64,000 nt of DNA from positions 2,976,001-3,040,000 of the forward strand of contig OZ244744.1 of NCBI GenBank assembly GCA_965219455.1, written 5' to 3'. Source of the DNA: Candidatus Latescibacterota bacterium (lineage in GTDB: Bacteria; Latescibacterota; UBA2968; GCA-2709665). Made by a program: the position numbers and the translations under genes. Within the stretch, counting starts at the first letter, position 1. Each line of letters begins with the position of its first letter. The notes below the pieces were generated by a model, which saw nothing but the letters and a program-made list of their open reading frames with translations, made no database searches and had not been told where the DNA came from. This document shows, one piece after another, positions 9,601 to 19,909 of this stretch.

Positions 9601-9794
9601 GCGCGTGATTGCGTGGCCAGAGCATCCCGTTCCAACTCTGAAGCTACGGATTTTGGTAAGTCCGCAGCAATAAATCGCTCGATAACGTCCCGCTTGTGAT
9701 TCATAATGCGGTAGATACCAAAGTCCAGCTCTGCGCAGTCGAATTGGAATAACTCTCGCAGAAGATTCTGGAATTTTTCGAGCGATGTGCTCAT
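6666..9794 (-). CDS. mod: Type III RM Mod subunit (DNA methyltransferase)
   Basis: YIDPPYN and LDFFAGSGTTGHA motifs; N-terminal ELDFGIYRIMN; co-oriented upstream of res. Confidence 0.92.
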   Translation of the reverse strand: MSTSLEKFQNLLRELFQFDCAELDFGIYRIMNHKRDVIERFIAADLPKSVASELERDALATQSRAIDELNECRQRVVQALGSNAIDADGNLLEVHHCIPLGKEYLEHQAKASGAQGRDALEAVIFNHLYAFFSRYYQDGDFISKRRYSKRHRYAIPYNGEEVHLHWANSDQYYVKTGEHFQNYAFKSRRVTVEFRLKAADVKQDNVKSDKRYFVPCNEAPIWDEPSGRLAISLEYRPLTSQEKITYGKTNHQENIINKAVSEIPGRLNHSSEATAALMAERRKNSDGKSVSFFEHHLVQYTRRNTSDFFIHKDLKGFLTRELDFYLKNEVLNLDEMEASGEEKSETWFQTMRTIRSIGGEIIYFLEQIENFQEMLWEKRKFVTETQYCISVRCIDEDFFREIALCDAQWVEWRELFGIDEDQTNLFNSGTNKTNKRVAFLKTHPTLVLDTRHFDQDFVDRLLGSIDDLHGMTDGVLIHSENWQALNLLQARFRGQVQCTYIDPPYNTDASAIVYKNNYKDSSWLSLMENRLSLCLNLQSNEGILCCAIDDEEVCQLRTIMAGLFERTLGIVAVRSNPAGRKSKGQFSPTHEYALFFGNTTSVPGTIHKTQNELARYPHVDKKGRFAWNNLIRHGSNDRRQDRPKMHYPIYVGDDDEIRVPEIRWNSDKSEYDVLEEVGENEIAVWPIRIQGGTVIEKNWHRGFSLVKSDPSEYRVRRTGNARDNNNGINIDFKIRIDMSSMPKTWWDNSKYASANLGAKALKDILGEKEFDFAKSIALVEDCLRASRCDSQSVVLDFFAGSGTTGHAVINLNREDDGKRKFILVEMGDYFDTVLLPRIKKVTFAPEWNGGKPKNTTPQDVQRSPRIVQYMRLESYEDALNNIDFDEGSAQQTLAFQDYLINYMLQWETKRSHTLLNVEKLSKPFSYQLNIHSDGETRQNMADIPETFNYLIGLNVQTRRVHYDDDRRYLVYRGQIDQARVAVIWRETEDWQKPDFVLDRDFVVEQKLTEGVDNVYVNGDSLIHEAKALEPLFKRRMFAGVGE

Positions 9795-9882
9795 GGATGA
9801 CGTCCCTCGCGGTAAGTAGGGTTTCCCAATGTATACACAATGACGTGGAGGTCGTCAAGGGGAAGGCGGATCGGACGGGGTC

Positions 9883-10635
9883 TCAGCGACGGACCTGGAA
9901 ACCCTGGGCCGTAAGGAATTCATCCAGTTCGGCTCGGGCGTGAAACTGCCCTGTGCGGTCCGCCATGACCGTTGTCCATCGCTGGTCTCCCTCGTGCATC
10001 CCCTGCGAGGTATAGAAGTCGACCATGGATCTGTCGTATTCCTCCATGGCCAATCGATGCGTCTCGTCGCAGAGATACCGTTCGCGATGCAAGACCGCAT
10101 CCAGGGGCAAACGCGGTTTGACTTCCGGGGCCTGCGCCGGATACCCAATGCAAAAGCCGGCCACGGCAACGACATACGGGGGCAGGTCCAGCAATTTGCC
10201 CACCGATTTCGGGTTGTTCCGCATCGCGCCGATCATGCAGACTCCCAATCCCAGAGACTCCGCGGCGATGGCCGCGTTCTGCATCATCAGCGCCACGTCC
10301 ACGGTCGCGATCATCAACGCCTCCGCATAGTTCCCGTCGAACCGCTCGGCCCCGTGCATCCGGTTGGCCATCCTGTCCCGGTGCAAATCCGCGCAAAAGG
10401 CCAGAAACGCCGCGCTCTGGTGTATCTGCACCTGATCGGCGCACAGTTCGGCCAGTCTCTTTTTCCGCTGTGGATCCGCCACGTGGATGACGGTGTAAGC
10501 CTGCAGATTGCTGGACGTGCTCGCCTGCTGCCCACACCGGATCAGTGTTTCGAGGACGCCATCGGGAAGCGGCCGATTCTCGAAACTTCGGATACTCCTG
10601 TGCGATAGCAGGAGATCAATTGTGGAATTGGACAT
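9883..10635 (-). CDS. nfsA: NADPH-dependent nitroreductase, NfsA/Frp family
   Basis: HRSIRSF, QASTSSNLQ, IGAMRN, KPRLP motifs. Confidence 0.85.
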   Translation of the reverse strand: MSNSTIDLLLSHRSIRSFENRPLPDGVLETLIRCGQQASTSSNLQAYTVIHVADPQRKKRLAELCADQVQIHQSAAFLAFCADLHRDRMANRMHGAERFDGNYAEALMIATVDVALMMQNAAIAAESLGLGVCMIGAMRNNPKSVGKLLDLPPYVVAVAGFCIGYPAQAPEVKPRLPLDAVLHRERYLCDETHRLAMEEYDRSMVDFYTSQGMHEGDQRWTTVMADRTGQFHARAELDEFLTAQGFQVRR

Positions 10636-10669
10636 ATTGAACCTCTTAAAAGCGGTGAGAATAAGAACA

Positions 10670-10700
10670 GCTATCAGCTGTCAGCCGTCAGCAGTCAGCT
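10670..10700 (+). repeat. Degenerate heptamer tandem repeat (NNTCAGC)n
   Basis: gctatcagctgtcagccgtcagcagtcagc. Confidence 0.7.
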
Positions 10701-10814
10701 TGAAACAAGAGCGAAGACCCAAACAACCGAAAATCAAAACCTGAGACGGGAGACAACGCGAAACCGGGGTGGGGCGGACCACATACCTCTCGCCGCCCGT
10801 CGTGTTTCGTATTC

Positions 10815-10895
10815 GTAGGGGCAACCCTTGTGGTTGCCCGCCTGAACGCCGATTGCTTAAAGCTAAAAAAATAGGGCGGGTTTCAGAACCCACCC
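10815..10895 (+). repeat. REP-like palindromes
   Basis: GTAGGGGCAACCCTTGTGGTTGCCC (10815-10839) and TAGGGCGGGTTTCAGAACCCACCC (10872-10895), downstream of atpC. Confidence 0.6.
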
Positions 10896-10934
10896 ATGCG
10901 GTAACGACACTGACGCCTTGTTTTCCGGGGCGTT

Positions 10935-11339
10935 CTATTGGTCCCCGATCCGAAGCCGGTTGATCGCCCGCGTCAGGGCCAGCCTCGCCCGTGTCTCGTC
11001 GACCTGTTGATCCCGCTTTCGCGCCAGCCTTTGCCGCGCGCGGTCTCTCGCGGCTTCAGCGCGAGTCACGTCAATTTCCTGCACGAATTCCGCCGTCTCG
11101 GCCAGCACGGTCACGCGGTCTCGCTGGACTTCCGCGAATCCGCCACTGATCGCCACAGTTTTTGATCCCTGCTGCTGTTCGGAAAAGACTATCTGTCCGA
11201 CGCCCAGGGCGGCCAGCATCGGATGGTGCCCCGCCAGCACGCCGAAACCGCCTTCGGTTCCCGGCGCCTGCAGGCTCTGCACTTCGCCCGAATAAACCGT
11301 CTTTTCCGGTGTTACAATATCAAGCTGATACGTCGGCAT
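10935..11339 (-). CDS. atpC: F1Fo ATP synthase epsilon subunit
   Basis: LDIVTPEK, GVLAGH, ISGGFAEV, VLAETAE. Confidence 0.95.
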   Translation of the reverse strand: MPTYQLDIVTPEKTVYSGEVQSLQAPGTEGGFGVLAGHHPMLAALGVGQIVFSEQQQGSKTVAISGGFAEVQRDRVTVLAETAEFVQEIDVTRAEAARDRARQRLARKRDQQVDETRARLALTRAINRLRIGDQ

Positions 11340-11397
11340 CGTATTCCCGCACGAAGTTGGGACCCTGACAGCCCGTTGAAGAAGTCCATCCGGGCTG

Positions 11398-12860
<1,463 letters not shown>

Positions 12861-12885
12861 TTGAACCGGTTGGCGTGACGGACTG

Positions 12886-13737
12886 CTACGCCACCGCCTC
12901 TGCACCACCGATGATGTCCATCAACTCCAGCGTAATTGAAGACTGGCGCTCTTTGTTCATTTCGCGCGTCAATTCTTCAATCAGGTCACCAGCATTCTTC
13001 GTCGCGTTATCCATAGCCGTCATACGGGCAGCCTGCTCCCCTGCATTGGACTCCAGCAGAGCACGCCAGACCTGGAAGTTCACATGCCGGGGCACCAGCG
13101 AATCCAGCAACTGCTCGGGTTCAGGTTCAAAAATATACTCACCGGCAGGGGTCTCTTCGTCGGCATCCTGGGGTACAATCGGCAAGAGCCGGTTAATCAC
13201 GGGCTCCTGCCGTCCCAGCGAGACGAACTCGTTGTTGGCAATCCACACCTGATCCACGTCGCCGGACATAAAACGACCTGTCAGGTCACGCGCGATGTGG
13301 ACGGCCCGGCCTAGATTCAGGTCGCCGAACACGTCGAGATATTCCCGGCTGATCGTATATTCGCGTTTGCGAAAAAAATCCCGCCCCTTCCTGCCGATAG
13401 CGACCAATTCGACCTCGTCATGGTTATCCAGTTCCGAGAGCACCTTCCGGCAGATTCCGGCGTTAAAGCCTCCGCACAGACCGCGGTCTGACGTCACCAC
13501 AGCGACCGTGATCCGCCCGGATTCCCCCTGGCGGAACAGGGGATGCCGATCCGCGTCGATGCTCGCGGTAAGCCGTTGAAGAATGCGGTCCAGTTGTTCG
13601 GCATAGGGCCGGGCAGCCAGAATGGCGTCCTGGGCTTTGCGCACCCTGGCCGCGGCCACCAGCTGCATGGCGTGGGTCACCTTCTGTATATTCGTGACGC
13701 CGGTCACACGGTTTCTGAGCTGACGCAATGTTGCCAC
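12886..13737 (-). CDS. atpG: F1Fo ATP synthase gamma subunit
   Basis: SDRGLCGGFN, EQAARMTAMDNAT, RQSSITLE. Confidence 0.97.
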   Translation of the reverse strand: MATLRQLRNRVTGVTNIQKVTHAMQLVAAARVRKAQDAILAARPYAEQLDRILQRLTASIDADRHPLFRQGESGRITVAVVTSDRGLCGGFNAGICRKVLSELDNHDEVELVAIGRKGRDFFRKREYTISREYLDVFGDLNLGRAVHIARDLTGRFMSGDVDQVWIANNEFVSLGRQEPVINRLLPIVPQDADEETPAGEYIFEPEPEQLLDSLVPRHVNFQVWRALLESNAGEQAARMTAMDNATKNAGDLIEELTREMNKERQSSITLELMDIIGGAEAVA

Positions 13738-13756
13738 CGGCTACTCCCCCATGCTC

Positions 13757-15277
13757 CTACGCGGAAACCTGAAAGCCGCGTTTCACGCTTTCAATGGCGG
13801 CGTCGATGACGCCCCGCGCCTCGTCGCTTAACGCTTCGCTGCTCGTAATCGCATCCACCACATCCTTGTGGTGGTCGCGCATATACGCAAGCACCTCGGC
13901 TTCAAATCGTCTTACGTCCTCCGTGGGCAGCTCGTCGATGCCCGCACCAACGGTAAGAGACACCACCTGTTCACCGAGCGACATCGGCGCGTACTGGTCC
14001 TGTTTGAGGATCTCGATAAGTTTCTCGCCGCGGTTCAGCAGGTTGCGGGTTGCCGTGTCCAGGTCCGAGGCCCCGAATTGCGCAAAGGCCTGAACCTCGT
14101 TGTAGCGCGCGATATCGCCGCTCAAGGTGCCGGAAACCGCCCTCATCGCCCGCGTTTTGGCCGAACTGACCCTGGAAACGGAAGCGCCGACGTCCATGGC
14201 CGGGCGGATGCCGGAATAGAACAATTCCGGTTTCAGCAGAATCTGCCCGTCCGTTATCGAAATCACGTTGGTCGGCACGAACGTGGATACGTCCCCCTCC
14301 AGAATCTCGATGATGGGCAGTGCCGTGAGAGAGCCCGCGCCCTTGTCGTCGCTCAATTTGCAGGCGCGTTCAAGAAGACGCGAGTGCAGGTAGAACACGT
14401 CGCCGGGATAGGCTTCCCGCCCAGGGGGCCGGCGAAGGACCAGGGCCATTTCCCTGTACGCCCATGCCTGCTTGGAGAGATCGTCGTACACAATCAGTGC
14501 GTGTTCGCCCTTGTCGCGGAAGTACTCGCCCATTGAACATCCGGCATAGGGGGCCAGGAACTGAAGCGGCGCCGGATCGCTGGCCGTTGCCGAAACCACA
14601 ATTGTATACGCCAGGGCGCCGTTTGCCTCGAGTTCGGCAACGACCTTGGCCACCGACGACGCCTTCTGACCAATGCCCACATAGATACATTTGACGCCGC
14701 TGTCTTTCTGGTTGATGATTGCATCCAGTGCGATGGCCGTCTTCCCGGTCTGCCGGTCGCCGATAATCAACTCCCGTTGCCCGCGCCCGATCGGCGTTGC
14801 GGCATCCACCACCTTGACTCCCGTCTGTAACGCTTCATCCACCGGCTGGCGCTGGATCACCCCCGGTGCAATCCGTTCTACGGGCAACGTCATCGAGGTG
14901 TGAATCGGCCCCTTTCCATCCAGCGGCTCACCCAGGGGCGTAACCACCCGGCCCAGCAATTCGTCTCCCACGGGCACTTCGACGACGCGTCCGGTCCGCC
15001 GGACCTGGTCGCCTTCCTTGATTGCCGTGTCGTCCCCGAAGAGGACGCAACCCACGTTGTCCTCTTCCAGGTTGAACGCCATGCCCATGATGTTATTGGG
15101 GAACGCCACCAGTTCACTGGCCTGCGCGTTGCCCAGCCCGTGAACGCGCGCCACGCCATCGCCCACCTGCAGCACGGTCCCGGTTTCGTAAACGTCGATA
15201 TCCCGTTCGGCCTCCAGAATCTGCTGTTTGAGAATATCGGAGACTTCATCGGGGCGAATCTGTAAGTTCATCGCCAT
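13757..15277 (-). CDS. atpA: F1Fo ATP synthase alpha subunit
   Basis: [30 protein letters not shown]. Confidence 0.97.
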   Translation of the reverse strand: MAMNLQIRPDEVSDILKQQILEAERDIDVYETGTVLQVGDGVARVHGLGNAQASELVAFPNNIMGMAFNLEEDNVGCVLFGDDTAIKEGDQVRRTGRVVEVPVGDELLGRVVTPLGEPLDGKGPIHTSMTLPVERIAPGVIQRQPVDEALQTGVKVVDAATPIGRGQRELIIGDRQTGKTAIALDAIINQKDSGVKCIYVGIGQKASSVAKVVAELEANGALAYTIVVSATASDPAPLQFLAPYAGCSMGEYFRDKGEHALIVYDDLSKQAWAYREMALVLRRPPGREAYPGDVFYLHSRLLERACKLSDDKGAGSLTALPIIEILEGDVSTFVPTNVISITDGQILLKPELFYSGIRPAMDVGASVSRVSSAKTRAMRAVSGTLSGDIARYNEVQAFAQFGASDLDTATRNLLNRGEKLIEILKQDQYAPMSLGEQVVSLTVGAGIDELPTEDVRRFEAEVLAYMRDHHKDVVDAITSSEALSDEARGVIDAAIESVKRGFQVSA

Positions 15278-15294
15278 AAGTGTCTACACCTCGG

Positions 15295-15840
15295 TTATGG
15301 TAACCCCAAGACCAGCCTCCGGCGCATCCGGTTCAACTGTGCTTCAAGGGTTGCGTCGAACACGTGGTCGCCCATCCGGGTCACAAAGCCCGCTCTGAGT
15401 CCCTCGTCGACTTCCACGTCGAGACGGACCTGCTTCCCCGAATAGGCCGACAGCCGCTGTGAAAGCCGCGCGCGTTGATCCTTCGAGAGTTCCTGCGCCG
15501 AACGCACATATGCGGTAATCAGGCCCCGGCGCTCGTCCAGGAGCATCAGGAACGCTCGAATGATGCCGTCGAGCCCCCGCTCCCGTCTTTTGTCGCACAA
15601 GAGCAGCAGGAAGTTCAGCGTGAGATCCCCGATCCGACCCGAAAAAAGCCTCCGGACGGCCGTCCGCTTCTGTTCAGGAAAAATCAGTGGATTGCTCAAA
15701 AAGGCGCGCAGGTCTTCCGATTCCCGGATCAGGTTCAGAAGTCCTTCCAGATCCTCATGGACTCGATCCAGCGCGTCTCGCTCTTCGGCCGCCTGGATAA
15801 GCGCCCTGGCATAACGCATTGCAACGGGAGTTTCGTTCAA
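15295..15840 (-). CDS. atpH: F1Fo ATP synthase delta subunit
   Basis: VAMRYARAL, NFLLLL..KRR; operon position. Confidence 0.93.
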   Translation of the reverse strand: MNETPVAMRYARALIQAAEERDALDRVHEDLEGLLNLIRESEDLRAFLSNPLIFPEQKRTAVRRLFSGRIGDLTLNFLLLLCDKRRERGLDGIIRAFLMLLDERRGLITAYVRSAQELSKDQRARLSQRLSAYSGKQVRLDVEVDEGLRAGFVTRMGDHVFDATLEAQLNRMRRRLVLGLP

Positions 15841-15855
15841 GCTCCGCTCCGGAAA

Positions 15856-16353
15856 TCAATTTTGGTTCGTATCAGGAATGCTGTCTATAAACTCGTCGAC
15901 CAGCTTCCGGTTTCTGGCATTGTCCAGGTTTTCGTCCAACACTTTACCGGCGGCTTCGATGGCCAGACCCGCGGCGTGGGTTCTCAACTCCTGGATCGCC
16001 TGCTCCTTCTCCTGCCGAATCGTTCGCCGGGCCTGTTGCAGCATCTGCTGGGCTTCGTCCGCCGCGCGCGCACGTACTTCCGCCGCCGCGCGCTCGGCCG
16101 CCTCCCGTCCTTCCGAAACCGCCTGCCGGGCCTCGGCCTGGGCATGCGCCATAGTGCGCCGGTTTTCGTCGGCCGCATTCTGAGCCTCCTCCCGGGCCTT
16201 TTCGGCCTGGTTCAAAGACTCCCGAATACGCCTTTCACGCTCGTCCAGCATGGCCAGCAGCGGCTTCCAGGCAACCGCCTTGAGAACAAGCAGCAGTAAG
16301 ATGAAGGTAATAATGGTCCAGATTATCAAACCTTCATCAATATTTAACAACAT
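15856..16353 (-). CDS. atpF: F1Fo ATP synthase b subunit
   Basis: N-terminal TM, AWKPLL..LDERE, coiled coil. Confidence 0.93.
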   Translation of the reverse strand: MLLNIDEGLIIWTIITFILLLLVLKAVAWKPLLAMLDERERRIRESLNQAEKAREEAQNAADENRRTMAHAQAEARQAVSEGREAAERAAAEVRARAADEAQQMLQQARRTIRQEKEQAIQELRTHAAGLAIEAAGKVLDENLDNARNRKLVDEFIDSIPDTNQN

Positions 16354-16399
16354 ATGATACCCTTTTCTCCAGTATTAACGTGCGGACGTTATTGCAGCC

Positions 16400-16651
16400 T
16401 CATCCCCCCTGTGTTGCCAGAAGAAAACAGATCACCTGGCCGAACAGGGCCACACCCTCTATAAAGGCCGCCGTAATGAGCATAGAGGTACGGATATCGC
16501 CGGCCGCTTCCGGCTGGCGTGCTGTACCCTCCATCGCCATTCCGGCCAACCGTCCGATCCCGAGACCCGCCCCGATCGTCACCAACCCGGCGCCAATGCC
16601 GGCGGACAAATAACCGTATGCTTCAGCTGCCACGGATGTTACGTCTGCCAC
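16400..16651 (-). CDS. atpE: F1Fo ATP synthase c subunit
   Basis: GAGLGIG, ARQPE loop, AFIEGVALF. Confidence 0.95.
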   Translation of the reverse strand: MADVTSVAAEAYGYLSAGIGAGLVTIGAGLGIGRLAGMAMEGTARQPEAAGDIRTSMLITAAFIEGVALFGQVICFLLATQGG

Positions 16652-16713
16652 AACACACCTCCTCGGCTAAAAAGTTAAGGTATAACAATGGAAAATTGAA
16701 CACACATTCCGCA

Positions 16714-17514
16714 TCAATGATCCTGATGCACGGCCATACCGATAAAAACGGCCGTTAGCAAAGTAAATATATAAGCCTGCACCAATGAAACGAAAATTTC
16801 CAGCAAATAGATCGCCAGCGCAAAAAGCACGGACACAGGTGCAACAGCATACGACTTGAACAAAAAGATCAAACCGAGCAACGCAAGGATAATCACATGT
16901 CCGGCGGTCATATTCGCGAAGAGACGGATGCAGAGCGCGAACGGTTTTGCAAGGAGACCGATGAGCTCAACCGGGATCATCAGGATCGTGATTGGCAGTG
17001 GCAGTCCGTGCGGCACCAGTCCCTTGAAGTAACCCAGCAAGCCGTTGTGAAGAATTCCACCCATCTGTATAACCAGAAAGGCGGAGAGCGCCAGCCCGGC
17101 GGTTACGCTCACATTGCCGGTGGCGGTAGCGCCATAGGGTACCAGGCCCAACAGATTGCAGGTCAGAATGAAGAAAAAAACGGTAAACAAAAAGGGCAAA
17201 AACCGTCCGGCTTCTTTTACCCCGATGTTGGGAACTGCAACATCATCCCGGATAAATACAACGACCGACTCAAGCAGGTTTGCCAGTCCGGACGGAACGA
17301 GTCCCCGCCGCCGGGTTGTCAAGAAAAAGACAACCAGGAGAAACAGTGCGGCAACCCACATCATGACGACATGCCGCGTGATAGATAAGTCAATTCCAAA
17401 CAACTCAAAATGAGGCAGTTCGACATGCCCCCAGGGCAGATGGAGTTCCGAAGAATCGAGCAGGTGTTCCATAATGTAGTCGTTTTTTTCTTCAGCGGCC
17501 CCTTCTGAAGCCAT
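16714..17514 (-). CDS. atpB: F1Fo ATP synthase a subunit
   Basis: IRLFANMTAGH, LVQAYIF; start set at MASEG. Confidence 0.95.
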   Translation of the reverse strand: MASEGAAEEKNDYIMEHLLDSSELHLPWGHVELPHFELFGIDLSITRHVVMMWVAALFLLVVFFLTTRRRGLVPSGLANLLESVVVFIRDDVAVPNIGVKEAGRFLPFLFTVFFFILTCNLLGLVPYGATATGNVSVTAGLALSAFLVIQMGGILHNGLLGYFKGLVPHGLPLPITILMIPVELIGLLAKPFALCIRLFANMTAGHVIILALLGLIFLFKSYAVAPVSVLFALAIYLLEIFVSLVQAYIFTLLTAVFIGMAVHQDH

Positions 17515-17518
17515 CGTC

Positions 17519-17923
17519 TCAAACCCCCTCGCTTGACCTCCGCCGCGCCTCAATGCGCCTTACGAAGAGTCGAACCTCTAAAATCTGAAAAAGCACGTAG
17601 AAAAGAAAAAGAGAAAAAACCAATCCGTAAACCGAAAGCGTTGTCAATTTAATCAACAGGACCAGAATGATACAGATAACGACCATCCGAATGGCCATCC
17701 CACCCAGCAACGTCTTTAAAAACACCGCCTGAGGCTTGTCGAACGACCATATTGCCGATAGCGCTCCAATCAGCACGTTCACAGTGCTGATGCCGCACCC
17801 TATGGCTGCCGCCCAGGCAATTTCAACGCCATAGTAGACGAAAAGCGGGTACCCTCCCAGAACTGTTGCGAGGACCAGGACCCATCCGACCTGTTTAAGA
17901 AATCGGGCAAACTCCGTCTTCAC
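17519..17923 (-). CDS. atpI: ATP synthase protein I (AtpI-like membrane protein)
   Basis: Hydrophobic protein of about 4 TM segments directly upstream of atpB. Confidence 0.7.
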   Translation of the reverse strand: MKTEFARFLKQVGWVLVLATVLGGYPLFVYYGVEIAWAAAIGCGISTVNVLIGALSAIWSFDKPQAVFLKTLLGGMAIRMVVICIILVLLIKLTTLSVYGLVFSLFLFYVLFQILEVRLFVRRIEARRRSSEGV

Positions 17924-18195
17924 GCTCCACCTCCGGACCGCCCTTCCCTCTTCTTCTGCTCTTCCTGGTCCTGGAGCCGCATCACCGTACGGTACAGGTT
18001 TAAAAAACCGACCGTCATGCCCAGAAACAACCCACCCAGCATCAGAAAAGGATTTGTACCAAGTTTATCGTCCAACCACCGCCCGGCAAACAGACAGAGC
18101 AAGATAGAAGCCGCAAACTCAATACCCAGGTTCAGATAGGGGCCCGCTTTCCGATAGGCTGCCGCCAGGCCCGGTTGTGTTTTTTCGTCCGCCAT
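17920..18195 (-). CDS. atpZ: AtpZ/AtpI family small membrane protein
   Basis: GRWLDDKLGTNP...GLFLG motif; start set at MADEK. Confidence 0.8.
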   Translation of the reverse strand: MADEKTQPGLAAAYRKAGPYLNLGIEFAASILLCLFAGRWLDDKLGTNPFLMLGGLFLGMTVGFLNLYRTVMRLQDQEEQKKREGRSGGGA

Positions 18196-18270
18196 CGATC
18201 CGTGTGATGCGTTAAGGATGGAAGGGCGTCGGGGCCGGAGTTTCCCCGGACATTGCAAGCCGCGGCATGC

Positions 18271-19719
18271 TTAACTCCCTATGAGGTTAACCACCGTCTG
18301 CCTGGCCAACTCGAGAAACCGTGCGGGGGCGAGGCCTAAATAGAGGGTCGCCAGGGACGTCACCAGCAGCGCGGTTCGTGCAAACGCGGGAAAAGATACC
18401 ACCGGCTCTTTATGCGCGGGTTGTCTCATATACATGCTGACAACGACACCAAGGTAGAAGTAGACCGACACCAGGCTGTTGAGCACGCCGATAACGGTCA
18501 GTGAGATTAAACCGGCGTCGACAGCCGCGCTGAATATGTAGAATTTCCCGAAGAAACCCGCTGTGGGCGGCAGTCCGGCCAGGGAGAGCATGAATAACGT
18601 CATGGACAGCCCCAGAACCGGATGTTTGAAACCCAAACCCGCATAGTCGGAAATATCCAGGTTCTCTTCGCCTTTCCGCGCAACGAGAATCAGTACCGCA
18701 AAGGCGCCAATATTCATAAACGTATAGGCAAACAGATAAAACAACGCCGCGGAAATGCCCTTTGCGCTGGCCGAGGTCAGCGCGATCAACACGTAGCCGG
18801 CATGGGCGACGCTGGAATAGGCCAGCATCCGTTTGAGGCTTCTCTGGGACAGCGCGCTCAGGTTTCCTACCGTCATCGTCAACACGGCCAGAACCCATAG
18901 AATCGCGGTCCACTCCGTTTTCAGCGATCCCAGCGAAACCATCAATACGCGCAAAAAAGCCACAAACGCGGCCGCCTTGGGGCCTGCGGAGAGAAACGCT
19001 GTAATCGCTGCGGGCGCGCCTTCGTAGACGTCGGGAGCCCACATGTGAAACGGAACCGCCGCTACCTTGAAGGCAAAGCCCACAACCAGCAACACCATGC
19101 CGGCGTATAACATCAGGCCGCCGCTTTCCACACGTCGGGAAAGCATCCCGCCGACCTGCTCGAGGTTTGTTGTACCGGTCGATCCGTAGATCAGGGCAAT
19201 CCCATAAAGCAGAAACCCGGTTGCGAACGCCCCCAGCAGCAGATATTTCAGCGAGGCCTCGTTGGATTCGGAACGTGACTTGAGGAATCCTACCAGGATG
19301 TAGAGCGATAGAGACATCAGTTCCAGACCCAGGAAGATCACAATCAGGTCCGTCCCCGCGGCCATGAGCATCATGCCCAGCGTCGCCGTCAGCAGCAGCA
19401 GATAGTACTCGCTGCTGCTGCTGTGTTCCCGCTTCAGATAACCGGTGGAAACGAAAATGGTCAGCCCCGTGCCAACCGTAAATATGATGTTGGAAAAGAG
19501 CGCGAAATTGTCCAGCGCGAGCATGCCGCCAAAGGCCTGTTCGGATCGGCCCCACAGACAGGCTGAGGCCACCGCCGCCAGTCCCGTTCCGACGAGGGCC
19601 GCATATGCCGCTCCGACGCCACGATTTCCGGGCCTGACGATGTCGAAACACAGAATCAACAGCGCACTCGCCGTGACAATCAGAGAGGGAAGGAGAACAG
19701 TCCAGCTCAGGTCGGGCAA
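18271..19719 (-). CDS. nuoN: NADH-quinone oxidoreductase subunit N
   Basis: LELMSL, EASLKY, FKVAAVPFHMWAPDVYEGAP, GLPPTAGFFGK. Confidence 0.93.
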   Translation of the reverse strand: MPDLSWTVLLPSLIVTASALLILCFDIVRPGNRGVGAAYAALVGTGLAAVASACLWGRSEQAFGGMLALDNFALFSNIIFTVGTGLTIFVSTGYLKREHSSSSEYYLLLLTATLGMMLMAAGTDLIVIFLGLELMSLSLYILVGFLKSRSESNEASLKYLLLGAFATGFLLYGIALIYGSTGTTNLEQVGGMLSRRVESGGLMLYAGMVLLVVGFAFKVAAVPFHMWAPDVYEGAPAAITAFLSAGPKAAAFVAFLRVLMVSLGSLKTEWTAILWVLAVLTMTVGNLSALSQRSLKRMLAYSSVAHAGYVLIALTSASAKGISAALFYLFAYTFMNIGAFAVLILVARKGEENLDISDYAGLGFKHPVLGLSMTLFMLSLAGLPPTAGFFGKFYIFSAAVDAGLISLTVIGVLNSLVSVYFYLGVVVSMYMRQPAHKEPVVSFPAFARTALLVTSLATLYLGLAPARFLELARQTVVNLIGS

Positions 19720-19754
19720 GGCAGAAATCCCCCGTGAAAATTATTAGCAACATT

Positions 19755-19783
19755 AATTAACAGGGATGCGATAAAAAAGTCAA
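19755..19783 (-). promoter_or_regulatory. Putative sigma70 promoter for nuoN-atp
   Basis: Minus strand TTGACT-N17-TTAATT in an AT-rich 190-bp gap. Confidence 0.45.
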
Positions 19784-19909
19784 GCCTAAAGTTCGGCAAT
19801 CGCACGCAGGCATTCAAACAGGTGAACGACCCAATGGTTTCTGTACGCAAAATGTATACTTAACTAATTATTTTTCGGATTCTTAAGCAAATTAGCTCCG
19901 TCGCGAATA

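Noticed and set aside
18410-19753. 447-aa alternative-frame ORF overlapping nuoN
   Set aside because: Arg/Gly-rich off-frame product typical of high-GC coding DNA
19843-19870. dif-like sequence TGTACGCAAAA-TGTATA-CTTAACTAATT
   Set aside because: Left arm and spacer resemble E. coli dif, but the normally best-conserved XerD arm matches only about 5 of 11 positions
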